Virus record (IMG/VR): IMGVR_UViG_3300020045_008173
Span: 1-41,338 of that record
From: a virus
Lineage: Duplodnaviria; Caudoviricetes
Length of the DNA stretch: 41,338 nucleotides
Strand: one strand, 5' to 3'
In this document: piece by piece, positions 28,940 to 38,206 of the stretch
How the letters are laid out: each line of letters begins with the position of its first letter
Numbering within the stretch: position 1 is the stretch's first letter
Program-made: the position numbers and the translations under genes
Notes under the pieces: model-generated
Databases searched by the model: none
What the model saw: only the letters and a program-made list of their open reading frames with translations
What the model was told of the DNA's origin: nothing

Positions 28940-29803
28940 CTATGTAATAATAAGTGGACTAGAAAATTGAGCTCTTCCATATTTGGAAGTGAATGGGTCT
29001 GCATATGCGCTTGGCATACCAAAATCTGAAACTTGCTGATTGATAACTCCCTGTGGTTGAGCACCAAAGACGAAACAATTGACATTAAAATAACCAGTAG
29101 ATACGGCTAAGATACCGCGTGGGTCTAGGCTAGTATTAGTTCTTGGAAATGTTGTATCGCCAAGGACTAGATTAGCACCTGGATTAAAGATCGTTGTTCC
29201 TGCTTCGATGACTTCGATTAGGCCAGCATCATAGATATAGTAAGGAAATCCATATGAATTATCGATTCCAACTGCGATACTAATGCCTAAGCCTGGCATA
29301 TTATCCATACGGATAGCTTGAATCCACTTATAGGCTATATCACTAGTAAAATCAGACATAGGCGTTCCAGCAGGAATAACTCTTGCTTCTGTGACTGGAT
29401 ATTGTCCATAGTCTAGGCCATAGATGGTGACATTCGTATCTAAAGTAGTAGTACCAGAAAAATTAAACCTGATTGTCATACCGTAAGGCGCAGAGGTAAT
29501 TTGACGATATATATTACCATTTAGATTAACGGTAGAGGCAATCTCAGGGCCATTACCTGGGAAGGTAATTGTATTGGTATTTAGGGTTAGGTATTTTGAT
29601 GCAGGCCATGCATTAGTTGTTGAAATTGCTCCTTTGTTGTCGGCAGTAGTAGGATCAGCAGCTAGGATATTATAATTAAATCGGCAGCTATTTAAAACGC
29701 CGTTTAATTTATCATCGTAACCCTTGAAAAAAATCCCTCCTGTTCTCTGTCCATCGCTAGTATGCGAACCAAGGCTCGGAAAGTCTCCGTTTTTTAAAGA
29801 CAC
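28940..29803 (-). CDS. Putative virion decoration/spike protein, paralog 1
   Basis: GSHTSDG, GLDYGQYP, YGFPYY, LDPRG, FSSPL motifs; GTG start with GGAGG RBS; directly after the capsid gene. Confidence 0.65.
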   Translation of the reverse strand: MSLKNGDFPSLGSHTSDGQRTGGIFFKGYDDKLNGVLNSCRFNYNILAADPTTADNKGAISTTNAWPASKYLTLNTNTITFPGNGPEIASTVNLNGNIYRQITSAPYGMTIRFNFSGTTTLDTNVTIYGLDYGQYPVTEARVIPAGTPMSDFTSDIAYKWIQAIRMDNMPGLGISIAVGIDNSYGFPYYIYDAGLIEVIEAGTTIFNPGANLVLGDTTFPRTNTSLDPRGILAVSTGYFNVNCFVFGAQPQGVINQQVSDFGMPSAYADPFTSKYGRAQFSSPLIIT

Positions 29804-29823
29804 AATTAGCCTCCATTAGATTA

Positions 29824-30735
29824 TTATGCGCCGTAAGAACCAAAACAAGCAGTAGGATCAGAACAACCAACTGAGTATCGTTCCCAAGCCATAGCAATCA
29901 AAGAGCGTGTCAATGGTTTGGTTTCGATATCGGTCTCAATAGCTTGACGTTGATACAGTTTGAATCCGTTCTCTTGGTTCGTAATTAAGCTCCAGAATGT
30001 CGGAATTGTAATTTGGTTGTTAATTATCAGACCTTTACGAACTGCATGAGTTGAGTAAATCGCATTGATATTGTTGTTAGCTGTATCGGTTTTATATTTT
30101 GAACCAAGAATTTCTTCAGCTGTAAATTGCAATCCTGGAGATACTAAGAGGTTGTCTATGGTGAGAGACATTTTCATGCCGTTTTCTGCATAGAATTCAT
30201 TAGTAGTTTTTATGATTGCATCTTGAAGTGCTGTCTGGCTCAGGGAAACGCCAATTTTAAACATATTTGCGTAAGACCCAGGAGCAGCTCCAATTGGATG
30301 AGCTAAAGAGTAAAGAGGTTGGCCATCTGACAGAATTGAAGAAAACCCAAAGTTGAAAACGTTAGCTGCTTGGATATTTTTCGCATTGATCAACCCATTC
30401 ATCAAACCTTTAGAGTTTCGTGGGAATTCAGACTTATACAAGTTGTCCGCAATCGCTTGAGCTGTAATCTCGTAGGCAATTCCAAAGTCCAAATTTTTGT
30501 AAGTGATCTTTAGGAATTGGCCAGCAGAACTAAGCGGAATTGGAGTGCCTTGCGGTACTTGTTGAGCCGAACCAACCATTTGCATACGTGTTTCGTATTC
30601 TTCAGCTTTATCTGATTTATAGACAGTAAAAATATCTGCCCATTGATCATAAATCTTCATATTAGAAGCAACTTTAGCAAGTCCTGGGCGGAGTTCACTA
30701 ATTATCGATGCGGTGGTTATTAATTGTTGAGCCAT
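29824..30735 (-). CDS. Major capsid protein (HK97 fold, Mu gpT-like family)
   Basis: ELRPGL, SDKA.E, AIADNLY, AANVFN, DGQPLYS.AHP, LS.TAL.DA, A.NNINA, A.ERYS.G.SDP...GS.GA; 303 aa. Confidence 0.85.
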   Translation of the reverse strand: MAQQLITTASIISELRPGLAKVASNMKIYDQWADIFTVYKSDKAEEYETRMQMVGSAQQVPQGTPIPLSSAGQFLKITYKNLDFGIAYEITAQAIADNLYKSEFPRNSKGLMNGLINAKNIQAANVFNFGFSSILSDGQPLYSLAHPIGAAPGSYANMFKIGVSLSQTALQDAIIKTTNEFYAENGMKMSLTIDNLLVSPGLQFTAEEILGSKYKTDTANNNINAIYSTHAVRKGLIINNQITIPTFWSLITNQENGFKLYQRQAIETDIETKPLTRSLIAMAWERYSVGCSDPTACFGSYGA

Positions 30736-30769
30736 TTTAGTTCTCCTTAGTTAAAATTGTCTAATAGTC

Positions 30770-31528
30770 TTAAGCACCAGTAGCAGTACCAGTGCCACCA
30801 ACAGTACCTGCACGCAGATAATGGTTGTTGTAGGTCACAAGTAATGATGGGTTAGGTACGTTATTCCAGCTATTGCCAGTCGTAGCAGTTTGATAGAGGA
30901 AGTTGCCCCAAGTTGAGTTATTCACTCCACTTACTGCCTGAGCAGCTGAGCTTTCATAGTTCCATACTTTAAGTGGAGCAAGATTTACGCTTGTAGTGGC
31001 TTGGTTAACAAGACTTGCCACAGAAAGACCACAATTTGAGATACTGTTGCTTTGAAAAAATGTGCCAGCAGAGTATGACCAGTTAGCATTATCAAAAGCA
31101 TTTTGCTGCGTCAAACTAGAATTTGCTGTATCAATTTGCAGTGCATAGACAACATTTGGGTCGATCATAACAAGTGCTCTACCAACTCGGCCACCTGCAG
31201 GGACTGTGCCATTAACCCAACCACCGCTTACTGTATCACCAGTAGCAGCATCTTCCCAAGCAGCATTGATAAATGTTCCAAGAGGAGTTCCATTCTTATC
31301 AAGTGTCCAAGTTGAGCCAGGGGTAGTAGCAGGAGTAGCTAATTTAATAGTACCATCGGCACCAGCACATACGGGATCTCCACTGGCTATACCATTTCCG
31401 GCTACTGCAGATTCAGCAGCTGTATATCCGCTTGCAATTGCTAAGATTACAAAGAGATTTGAATTATATTCGGCTGCTGCTAGTGAACCCCATCCCCTAA
31501 ATCCGCCGCTATTTGGTAAAACTGCCAT
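30770..31528 (-). CDS. Putative capsid cement/decoration protein
   Basis: I.SGY, I..GDPV, V..DPNVVY..Q, V..NNH motifs; immediately upstream of the capsid gene; AAGGAG RBS. Confidence 0.6.
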   Translation of the reverse strand: MAVLPNSGGFRGWGSLAAAEYNSNLFVILAIASGYTAAESAVAGNGIASGDPVCAGADGTIKLATPATTPGSTWTLDKNGTPLGTFINAAWEDAATGDTVSGGWVNGTVPAGGRVGRALVMIDPNVVYALQIDTANSSLTQQNAFDNANWSYSAGTFFQSNSISNCGLSVASLVNQATTSVNLAPLKVWNYESSAAQAVSGVNNSTWGNFLYQTATTGNSWNNVPNPSLLVTYNNHYLRAGTVGGTGTATGA

Positions 31529-31730
31529 AATAAATACTCCTTATAAATTTGTGATTAAACATGCAAAAGATAAGACTCACCCAAGCTTTGTAAAAATTAC
31601 AAAAGCTGTAAATCTAGAAACTTCAATAATGTAAGAAATTGAGATAGCGGGTAGCCATCGTTCGCATCGACACTTCATGGAGGGACGAATTAGCGCATCA
31701 ACCCCTAAGTGGACGTAGTAATATGATATA

Positions 31731-31759
31731 ATTATCAGACAATCAAAAATATATGTCAA
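31731..31759 (-). promoter_or_regulatory. Putative promoter of the capsid operon
   Basis: Minus strand TTGACA, 17 nt, GATAAT, about 200 nt upstream of the 31528 start. Confidence 0.5.
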
Positions 31760-31788
31760 TAACTATTTTGTAATATGTATTAAAATCT

Positions 31789-32259
31789 TTACCTTGGGAC
31801 AGGACCCATAGATACATTGTTCTCAAATATTTGAGCTGGCCCTGTAAAAAAGTTCTGAGCAAGACGAACAATATCCATGCTTTTATTGGCTAGATTAAAA
31901 TGTTCTGTCCTAACGTCTTCGTCCAGTTCTTTTGGACGTTTCATCAGTGTATTATAACCATCTTCGATTAGATCTTTTTCATCCATCTCGAGTAATTTAG
32001 ATTGCCCTACGCGTGTCAACTCTGGGTGATCGCTACCAGCAACCTCAATCCAGCCTTCTGCTAACTTGGTTCTGATGATGGTTTGGTCATATTTGCCATT
32101 TTTATCACGCAGATTAACTAGAGCATATGTCCAGCCTTCGGGGATTCGCTCAAGGTCGATCCTTGCTCCGATTCCTCCCACTTGGAATTTGTTGCTGTTT
32201 TTATGTACAGTCATGGATATGGTTGTGTTTGAGATGGATTCGGCTTTTAGGTTTCTCAT
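31789..32259 (-). CDS. Conserved phage hypothetical protein (probable start MRNLKAE)
   Basis: IPEGW.Y, EGW..V...DHPEL, LMKRPKE pattern; position after scaffold. Confidence 0.7.
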   Translation of the reverse strand: MRNLKAESISNTTISMTVHKNSNKFQVGGIGARIDLERIPEGWTYALVNLRDKNGKYDQTIIRTKLAEGWIEVAGSDHPELTRVGQSKLLEMDEKDLIEDGYNTLMKRPKELDEDVRTEHFNLANKSMDIVRLAQNFFTGPAQIFENNVSMGPVPR

Positions 32260-32260
32260 C

Positions 32261-33313
32261 TTATCTTCCTCTTTCTTTGTTTTGTAAATATTCTTCGGTA
32301 TAGAGTGCCATTTTTTCCTCGGCACTATATTGGCGTCCAGTTTTATGATTAACCATGTCAAGGTTAGGAACCCATGTTTCGATAGATCTCCTGAAATCAG
32401 TTGGCATATTTAGCCAGTTCTTACCATCTTTCTTGTAAAAATAAGGTTCGCTTCCCTGTACAGCTGGGGCAATATGGCCGCTACGTTTTGGCTCACTTCT
32501 TTCGGTAGGGGCATTATTTATTGGTTTTTCAGCTGGAATTAAGCCATATTCCCTTTTCAGATTCTCGCCAATAAAGTCGTAATATTCCCTACTACCGATC
32601 ATTTTATGGGTTTCTGGGTCTGCACTCAGTGATGCGCTTTCTCGGTAAAAAGCATCCATTTCAGCGGCTTTAGATGCAAGTTTTTGGTTAAATCGTCTAG
32701 AGTTTGGATTACACCATTCGTTTCTTGGTTCAGCTGACCACTCATAAAATTCATCGTCAGACACTTCCTCTGCTTGCTGAATTTGCGGTTGTTGATCATA
32801 ATAAACGGGAGCTTCTGGAGCATAATTTACATACGGATCTACTCTTTCAAGATTGGATTTCTCAACAGCAAATTCACCAAGTAACTCAACAGCTTTGGCC
32901 AGTCTGTCATTATCTCCATTTTCTAGGGCCTCTCCAATGGCGTTTTTAGCGACATCTGTTTTGATGCGTAGAGCATGTTCACGCTCACTTACAAGCTGTT
33001 TGTCCCTACTACGCAATTCTGCTTCATACTCAAGTCTTTGACGCTCGTAGAGGTCTTTATACTGGTCTCTTTGCTGTCTTAGTCTAATTACTTCGCCAGT
33101 ATGACGTTTGCGCTTCTCGCGTCTTTCGTCAATATGGCGGTCATCAATTTGCTCGTCAGTTAATTTACTTTCAAGAACTGGGGAATGTGAGGTAATGCCA
33201 GCAACGCCACTATCATTAGCCTGCTTCTCCATAATATTATCGAGTTCAGTATTTGCCTCGGTCTCAACAGCTTGAAGAGATGGAATGATTTCAGTATCTA
33301 TTTTTTCTTGCAT
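32261..33313 (-). CDS. Putative capsid scaffolding protein
   Basis: Acidic coiled coil, K.A..EA.E.GD.D, W...N.W, S.EYY; lies between GroES-like gene and capsid genes. Confidence 0.65.
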   Translation of the reverse strand: MQEKIDTEIIPSLQAVETEANTELDNIMEKQANDSGVAGITSHSPVLESKLTDEQIDDRHIDERREKRKRHTGEVIRLRQQRDQYKDLYERQRLEYEAELRSRDKQLVSEREHALRIKTDVAKNAIGEALENGDNDRLAKAVELLGEFAVEKSNLERVDPYVNYAPEAPVYYDQQPQIQQAEEVSDDEFYEWSAEPRNEWCNPNSRRFNQKLASKAAEMDAFYRESASLSADPETHKMIGSREYYDFIGENLKREYGLIPAEKPINNAPTERSEPKRSGHIAPAVQGSEPYFYKKDGKNWLNMPTDFRRSIETWVPNLDMVNHKTGRQYSAEEKMALYTEEYLQNKERGR

Positions 33314-33315
33314 GA

Positions 33316-33900
33316 TTATCTCCCCATGTTACACGACATATCGATTAGCTCTACGTCTACAATTGAATCATCGCCTAAGTTCTGAACCACTGCGTCGCAC
33401 ATGATATTGCCAAACATATGCACTTTAGGTCCACCAACTTCTTCGATTTCAACATTAATAGCGCGGATTTTGTTTTCGATTTCAGAGCGTCTGGAGATGG
33501 TTATTGAACCATCTCTACGCTCAAGGTCTAATTCTTCTTTTTCTTTTTCAAGTTCTGCGACTTTTGCGACTTCCGCTTCATTAGGTCTTGAGCCTATGCC
33601 AAATAGGTTGTTTTCAAAACGGCGATAGAATACCCAGTCACCAACTCGACATAGTGGACGCGCAAAGAACTTAGACTCAGGAAATGCGCCCTCCCCAACA
33701 GCTACAACCTTACCAAAACGCATATCTGGGATATGATCTTGTTCTTTTTGTAAGCGCAGGAATTTTCCGTCTTTTACTTCCATATCTGGCTTAAATGGCC
33801 AAACTGTTATGTAAGCAAACGTATTTACGTATCCTAGATCGTATTTTCTGCCCTTAAGGTCTACGACTAGTCTTTGATATTCAATATTCTTATCCAGCAT
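33316..33900 (-). CDS. Divergent phage GroES-like co-chaperonin with helical insertion (probable start MLDKNI; ORF open to 33930)
   Basis: GKVVAVGEGAF...PLCRVGDWVFYRR matches the GroES core; GGAG RBS; located in the head module. Confidence 0.75.
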   Translation of the reverse strand: MLDKNIEYQRLVVDLKGRKYDLGYVNTFAYITVWPFKPDMEVKDGKFLRLQKEQDHIPDMRFGKVVAVGEGAFPESKFFARPLCRVGDWVFYRRFENNLFGIGSRPNEAEVAKVAELEKEKEELDLERRDGSITISRRSEIENKIRAINVEIEEVGGPKVHMFGNIMCDAVVQNLGDDSIVDVELIDMSCNMGR

Positions 33901-34123
33901 TAGTGTCTCCGCTTTGTTGAGGTATAGCATTGGTTTTTAATTCTTTTATTAAGTCTGCGCATATCTGCGAAGCAGCCTCTAGTCCTGCAATTTTTCCCTG
34001 AATATGTTTAAGTCTTTCGAATGAGAATATTCCTGTAACATTATTAGTGTAGAGCTTTTCGGCGTCGATGCGTTCTTGTATTATAACTAGTAATGATTCT
34101 AGTGATGTATTTGCGGTTAACAT
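33890..34123 (-). CDS. Small conserved phage protein
   Basis: SFE.LK...GKIAGL..A helical pattern; upstream of the GroES-like gene. Confidence 0.65.
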   Translation of the reverse strand: MLTANTSLESLLVIIQERIDAEKLYTNNVTGIFSFERLKHIQGKIAGLEAASQICADLIKELKTNAIPQQSGDTNAG

Positions 34124-34302
34124 AAAGGCAGTAGTCCTTAATAATTTAATATTGATTTCAATATAATTAAGATCAAAACTATCTTAGTGTAAACATTTGC
34201 CTAATAGCAAGAAAAATTTATTATTTCTGAAATTTAGCTAGATATGTCCGTTTTTTGGAGAAATTCGTACACGTTATCTTGATATGTCGATGACGTACCC
34301 AT

Positions 34303-34341
34303 AAAAAAAGGGATTTTGAAAAACTTTTTCAAAACCCCCTT
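34303..34341 (-). terminator. Rho-independent terminator
   Basis: Minus strand GGGGTTTTGAAAA..TTTTCAAAATCCC followed by T7, right after the 34357 stop. Confidence 0.8.
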
Positions 34342-34356
34342 ATCCCATTTTAGATT

Positions 34357-35277
34357 TTAGTATTCGTCCTTACGAATTTTACCAACGCCACCCATAGCAT
34401 GGCGTGCTCTGCCTCCACCGCTTTTGGTGGTTAGCATTTCACTTTCAGCAACAGGAGCCTTAATTTTTTGCATCATGCCCATTCTGCGACCCATCATGCC
34501 ACCAGCACCACGTTTCTTGCGAACTTCTCCGCCTTCTTCAAAACCAAGAGCCTTGCCGAAGCTTTTCGCGCCATCAGCAATCTTATTGCCAATATTACGA
34601 GCGTGACCACCCACAACTTCAGCACCTTTGGCAACATTACTACCAAAGTTTTTAGCACCAGAAGCAATCTTGTTACCAACATTTTTGGCTGCCGAAGCAA
34701 CGTTGCCATCAATGTTTTTAACGCCTTGGCCAATCTTATTCATTGTGCCACCAAAGTCTTTTTTGGCACGTCCGCCTTCTTCAAAACCAAGCATTTTTTT
34801 CCATCCTTGCGCGCTTTTGGAAACGGTGTTACCAACGTGGTTTATATCACGTTTCAGATTGCCACTTTTGACATAATCAACGCCTTTTTCAATAGCAGCA
34901 GGAGCTAGAGTACCTACTGCTGCTCCTAAAAAGTGTTTTTCCCTACGTTTACCATGGCAGGCTTTGCCACCTTTTTTCATAGGTGTTTGTGGTTGTTGGC
35001 GATTAAATGGATTAACTGTAGGCATTTGTTGTTGTTGCATTTGGCCGTTCATACCATTGCTCATACCATTATTCATGCCATTATCCATGACATTGCCGTT
35101 CATTTGGCCGCCAATAGCTCTTCTATCGCGATTTAGGCGATCTGAGATTGATTTAGTGCGACTTAATAGTTCGCCACCTTTTTCCCCAGTTCCTCTTTCA
35201 GATTTTTCGTGGCCAGTAAGCATATGCACAAAGCTACTCATGGACTTATGGCCTTTTGAGTGTTCAAATTCTTTCAT
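34357..35277 (-). CDS. Basic low-complexity protein with repeated double-glycine motifs (putative internal head protein/precursor)
   Basis: AIGG, MKKGG, FEEGG x2, DFGG, GAGG, AMGG; K/G/M/N-rich; follows the portal. Confidence 0.7.
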   Translation of the reverse strand: MKEFEHSKGHKSMSSFVHMLTGHEKSERGTGEKGGELLSRTKSISDRLNRDRRAIGGQMNGNVMDNGMNNGMSNGMNGQMQQQQMPTVNPFNRQQPQTPMKKGGKACHGKRREKHFLGAAVGTLAPAAIEKGVDYVKSGNLKRDINHVGNTVSKSAQGWKKMLGFEEGGRAKKDFGGTMNKIGQGVKNIDGNVASAAKNVGNKIASGAKNFGSNVAKGAEVVGGHARNIGNKIADGAKSFGKALGFEEGGEVRKKRGAGGMMGRRMGMMQKIKAPVAESEMLTTKSGGGRARHAMGGVGKIRKDEY

Positions 35278-35350
35278 TTTAGTTCCCTACTTTTGTTATG
35301 CGGATATCCGCGTTAAGTGGCTGTTTCCATTTTGGAAATAACCGTAAGCC

Positions 35351-37876
35351 TCACCCCTGAGGCTGTTCCTGTGAGTTATCAGGCATTCCCTGATTACCCA
35401 GTTCTGGCTGATGTAACTCAATTGGCGGAGTATCAGGCATATTGATATTCTCCAGTGATTGAGGTGCTTGCACCTGAATCCCTTTTAGTTCAAGCTCGGC
35501 TTCTTTAAGTCTGAAGTCGGTATCAATTTTCAAACGATCGATCTCGTTCTTGGACTGCGCTTTGAACATGTCGAGATCAATGCGCAACTTGTCATTCTCA
35601 AGTTTCATCGTATCGATTTGAGCTTTCATCTCATTTCTTGCCTTATCGACATCGACTTGCTTATCCATAACAGCAGTAGGATCCATCGGTGGAGGATTAG
35701 CAGCTTGCTCCTCTTTTTGCTGTTTCATCAGAGCATCAGCAGCTTTCTGTGCAATCTCATTTTGCTGTTCAGGAGTCAACTGGCTTGGGTCTTCAGGCAA
35801 TTGCTCATGCATCATATTTTGCATTTCTTGCAGATAGATGTAGGTCTGATGCTCTGTGATGTGCGCTTGCATCGGTGATAAATCGGCTTCAGGGTTTTGT
35901 TCTTGCTGTGACTGAGCAAACGCCTGGTGAGTAGTAATATGTGCTTGGTGATTCTGGGCAATAAAGACCGTAAGAGGTTTGCCAGACATCGCATTCATAT
36001 TTTCGGTTATTGGGTCGAGTGGGGTAGGCTCTTCCTCTTTTTGTGGTGGAGGTAATATCTTGTCGATATCCTCAACCTTCATCTCCTTAAGCACGCGCTT
36101 AGTTACCTCGTGCATATCGAATAAATCAGGCTGCTGTTGAGCTAGACCGAACATAGCTTGGGCTCTGATGTTACGCAAAGTCGAGGAATTTAGATTTGGG
36201 TCAGAAACGGGAACTATAGCCAAATCTGGAGAGAAATCTTCTTTGAGAAGTGTATGTTCGCTACCCGAGATCTTAAATGGATAAGGCTCATCAGGCAACA
36301 TATCGGGGAAAAGTTTAAACACTAATTGGAGCAAATCACCCATGCTGCTATGGAAGCGGCGCATAATGCTGTTTTGGTTACGGTTGAGTTGCTCAAGAAT
36401 CGGTAATGTCGTTGAGGCTGGTGCGTTAGTATTTATATCATCTAGAGATATAGTGGCCGCCCCCATCAGATTTCTAGAGTTTGTATCGAGATCATCCTTG
36501 AGTGTCTTAAGTACCATTGAAGGCTCACGATAAGGAAGTGGCATAAAGACTTTGGAGATGTCTTCAGCCCCCATCATATCGATATCAAGCCATTCGCCAG
36601 GGCCGAGATATTTATCGTTCTGTGCAACCTTAACGCCCTTGGACTTAAACCCTCCAGGGAAGTTATTAAGCACACCAAGATCAATTAATTGACGGGTTAG
36701 ACCAGTAGAAGCCTTAGCATTACTAACGCAAATTTGGGTCAGACCTAGACCGTATATATCAATTCCAGGAATTGCTTGAAACTGGACGATTAGATCAATA
36801 CGCTTATATGTCTCATCGCCCTTTTCCCAGTTTCGCACCATACGTAGGATTTTGCGGCTTTCGGTCTCTATAGTCACAATAAACGGTAATGGCAACCCGT
36901 CTTTCTTACCGAATAAGTCGCGTTGAGACAGATTCTCGATATCAATGTCTATCTGACTTTCGTAGATAGAGTGGCTGCTTTCGTAATCGTAATTTATTTC
37001 ATTTTTGCCCGAGATCTTTTCGATTCGTTCGGTTAGCGGATTCTGGTCGGTATCATCCTCCCCGTCGTTGTAGCCAAGGCTGATTTCGCGGTAAAACCCA
37101 CTCTTCATCCTCATGCGTAGGTCTTTATTGCTGATAGTATAATTGTAGGTGATTCGGCTTGCCTCGCTTAGATTCTTAGCTCCTGGATTCATATATATTG
37201 TATCTGGGGCTATTGAAGGCGTCTTAATCATATTGGTGATTGGGTCGATATATACCCGTACAAATCCAGACCCAAGCATCAACGCCCAGCCTGTTGCATC
37301 CATTACTTCGTTCGAGAAGGCTTTGTAGACTTCAGTGAGATAGTAATTAGAGTAATCCTTCCACCGCTGGGCTTTATCTTCTTTATCCTCGGTTGGGATA
37401 CCTAGTATTTTAATATCGGCAGGGCCACTTGGTGGCAGTAATTCAGTTTGCACGATTGAACGGAGATTCTGCAATATTTCCATCATCGCAGAGGAATATA
37501 CCTTACTCGACCACTGGTACTGTGGCATATTCTTTTCAGAGCCAAGGCCAATTCCTAGCTGGCTTAGTCCTTCAGCCCCTGTTTGATACCATTTTTGATT
37601 TGCGGTCTTGTCGGACTCAACCGCGCTCATCAATGTATCGGCTATTAACTGGAGTTCTTTATCGTCTAGAATGTCGGCAAGATTTTCGAAATGCTTAGCA
37701 CTGACTTTATTTTTTTTTTGGATTTCAGGATTGAGATCAATATCTACGCTACCGTCATCGTTATAAACGTGCATGGTATTTCCCACGCGCACTTTCTCAG
37801 GCGTTAAATTTACCTCCATATCCTCGCGTTCAGGTTCAGGAGGCATTTCTTCGTCTTCGCTCTGTCTCATTGTCAA
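35351..37876 (-). CDS. Portal protein (P22-like, long C-terminal helical extension)
   Basis: ELLP.SGP, YGLGL, RQLID.G.L.N.PGGFK, PGEW.DID, PLPY.EPS.VL, AP..TT, PVSDPN, DP.TEN, Q.H.AHI; 841 aa. Confidence 0.88.
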   Translation of the reverse strand: MTMRQSEDEEMPPEPEREDMEVNLTPEKVRVGNTMHVYNDDGSVDIDLNPEIQKKNKVSAKHFENLADILDDKELQLIADTLMSAVESDKTANQKWYQTGAEGLSQLGIGLGSEKNMPQYQWSSKVYSSAMMEILQNLRSIVQTELLPPSGPADIKILGIPTEDKEDKAQRWKDYSNYYLTEVYKAFSNEVMDATGWALMLGSGFVRVYIDPITNMIKTPSIAPDTIYMNPGAKNLSEASRITYNYTISNKDLRMRMKSGFYREISLGYNDGEDDTDQNPLTERIEKISGKNEINYDYESSHSIYESQIDIDIENLSQRDLFGKKDGLPLPFIVTIETESRKILRMVRNWEKGDETYKRIDLIVQFQAIPGIDIYGLGLTQICVSNAKASTGLTRQLIDLGVLNNFPGGFKSKGVKVAQNDKYLGPGEWLDIDMMGAEDISKVFMPLPYREPSMVLKTLKDDLDTNSRNLMGAATISLDDINTNAPASTTLPILEQLNRNQNSIMRRFHSSMGDLLQLVFKLFPDMLPDEPYPFKISGSEHTLLKEDFSPDLAIVPVSDPNLNSSTLRNIRAQAMFGLAQQQPDLFDMHEVTKRVLKEMKVEDIDKILPPPQKEEEPTPLDPITENMNAMSGKPLTVFIAQNHQAHITTHQAFAQSQQEQNPEADLSPMQAHITEHQTYIYLQEMQNMMHEQLPEDPSQLTPEQQNEIAQKAADALMKQQKEEQAANPPPMDPTAVMDKQVDVDKARNEMKAQIDTMKLENDKLRIDLDMFKAQSKNEIDRLKIDTDFRLKEAELELKGIQVQAPQSLENINMPDTPPIELHQPELGNQGMPDNSQEQPQG

Positions 37877-37942
37877 TACTAAGAATTAAATATATCTGTA
37901 ATATTAGTAAATATTTTAAGACTTGTATAGGAGAAATTAATA

Positions 37943-38206
37943 CTAGTGAGCGACCGTGCTATCACAGAGATTTTGAAGTTTTATGCGCGCTAAGAGAGGC
38001 TTTGGGACATATCTACGGTTTTGACGTATGTAAATCTTTTCTTCGGCTAGTTTATTCTTGTACATGATAATAAGCGCATCATCATCGATTTCGCCTTTTT
38101 TACAATCCAAAGCAGCGAGTAGTCTTTTTCGCCGCTTTAGGTTATTTCGAAGAAGCGGAATATGGTTAACAGCTTGTAAAAAGCGGTCTCTGGAAAACTC
38201 GTTCAT
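37943..38206 (-). CDS. Basic hypothetical protein
   Basis: 87 aa; ATGA overlap with the upstream gene. Confidence 0.55.
   Translation of the reverse strand: MNEFSRDRFLQAVNHIPLLRNNLKRRKRLLAALDCKKGEIDDDALIIMYKNKLAEEKIYIRQNRRYVPKPLLARIKLQNLCDSTVAH

Noticed and set aside
18203-29803. Amber (TAG) stop-codon reassignment, since many structural genes end in TAG and 24962/24961 are in-frame neighbours
   Set aside because: Genes are full-length under code 11. The TAGs mostly overlap the next RBS (TAGGAG), and the other junctions I checked (28940, 19785) are out of frame.
27064-29803. Diversity-generating retroelement or invertible tail cassette behind the paralogs
   Set aside because: No reverse transcriptase or invertase, and no near-identical template/variable repeat pair seen. 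The paralogs are anciently diverged.
9218-37698. Numerous 60-170 aa plus-strand ORFs within the virion module
   Set aside because: They are antisense to long coherent minus-strand genes and show no recognisable motifs.
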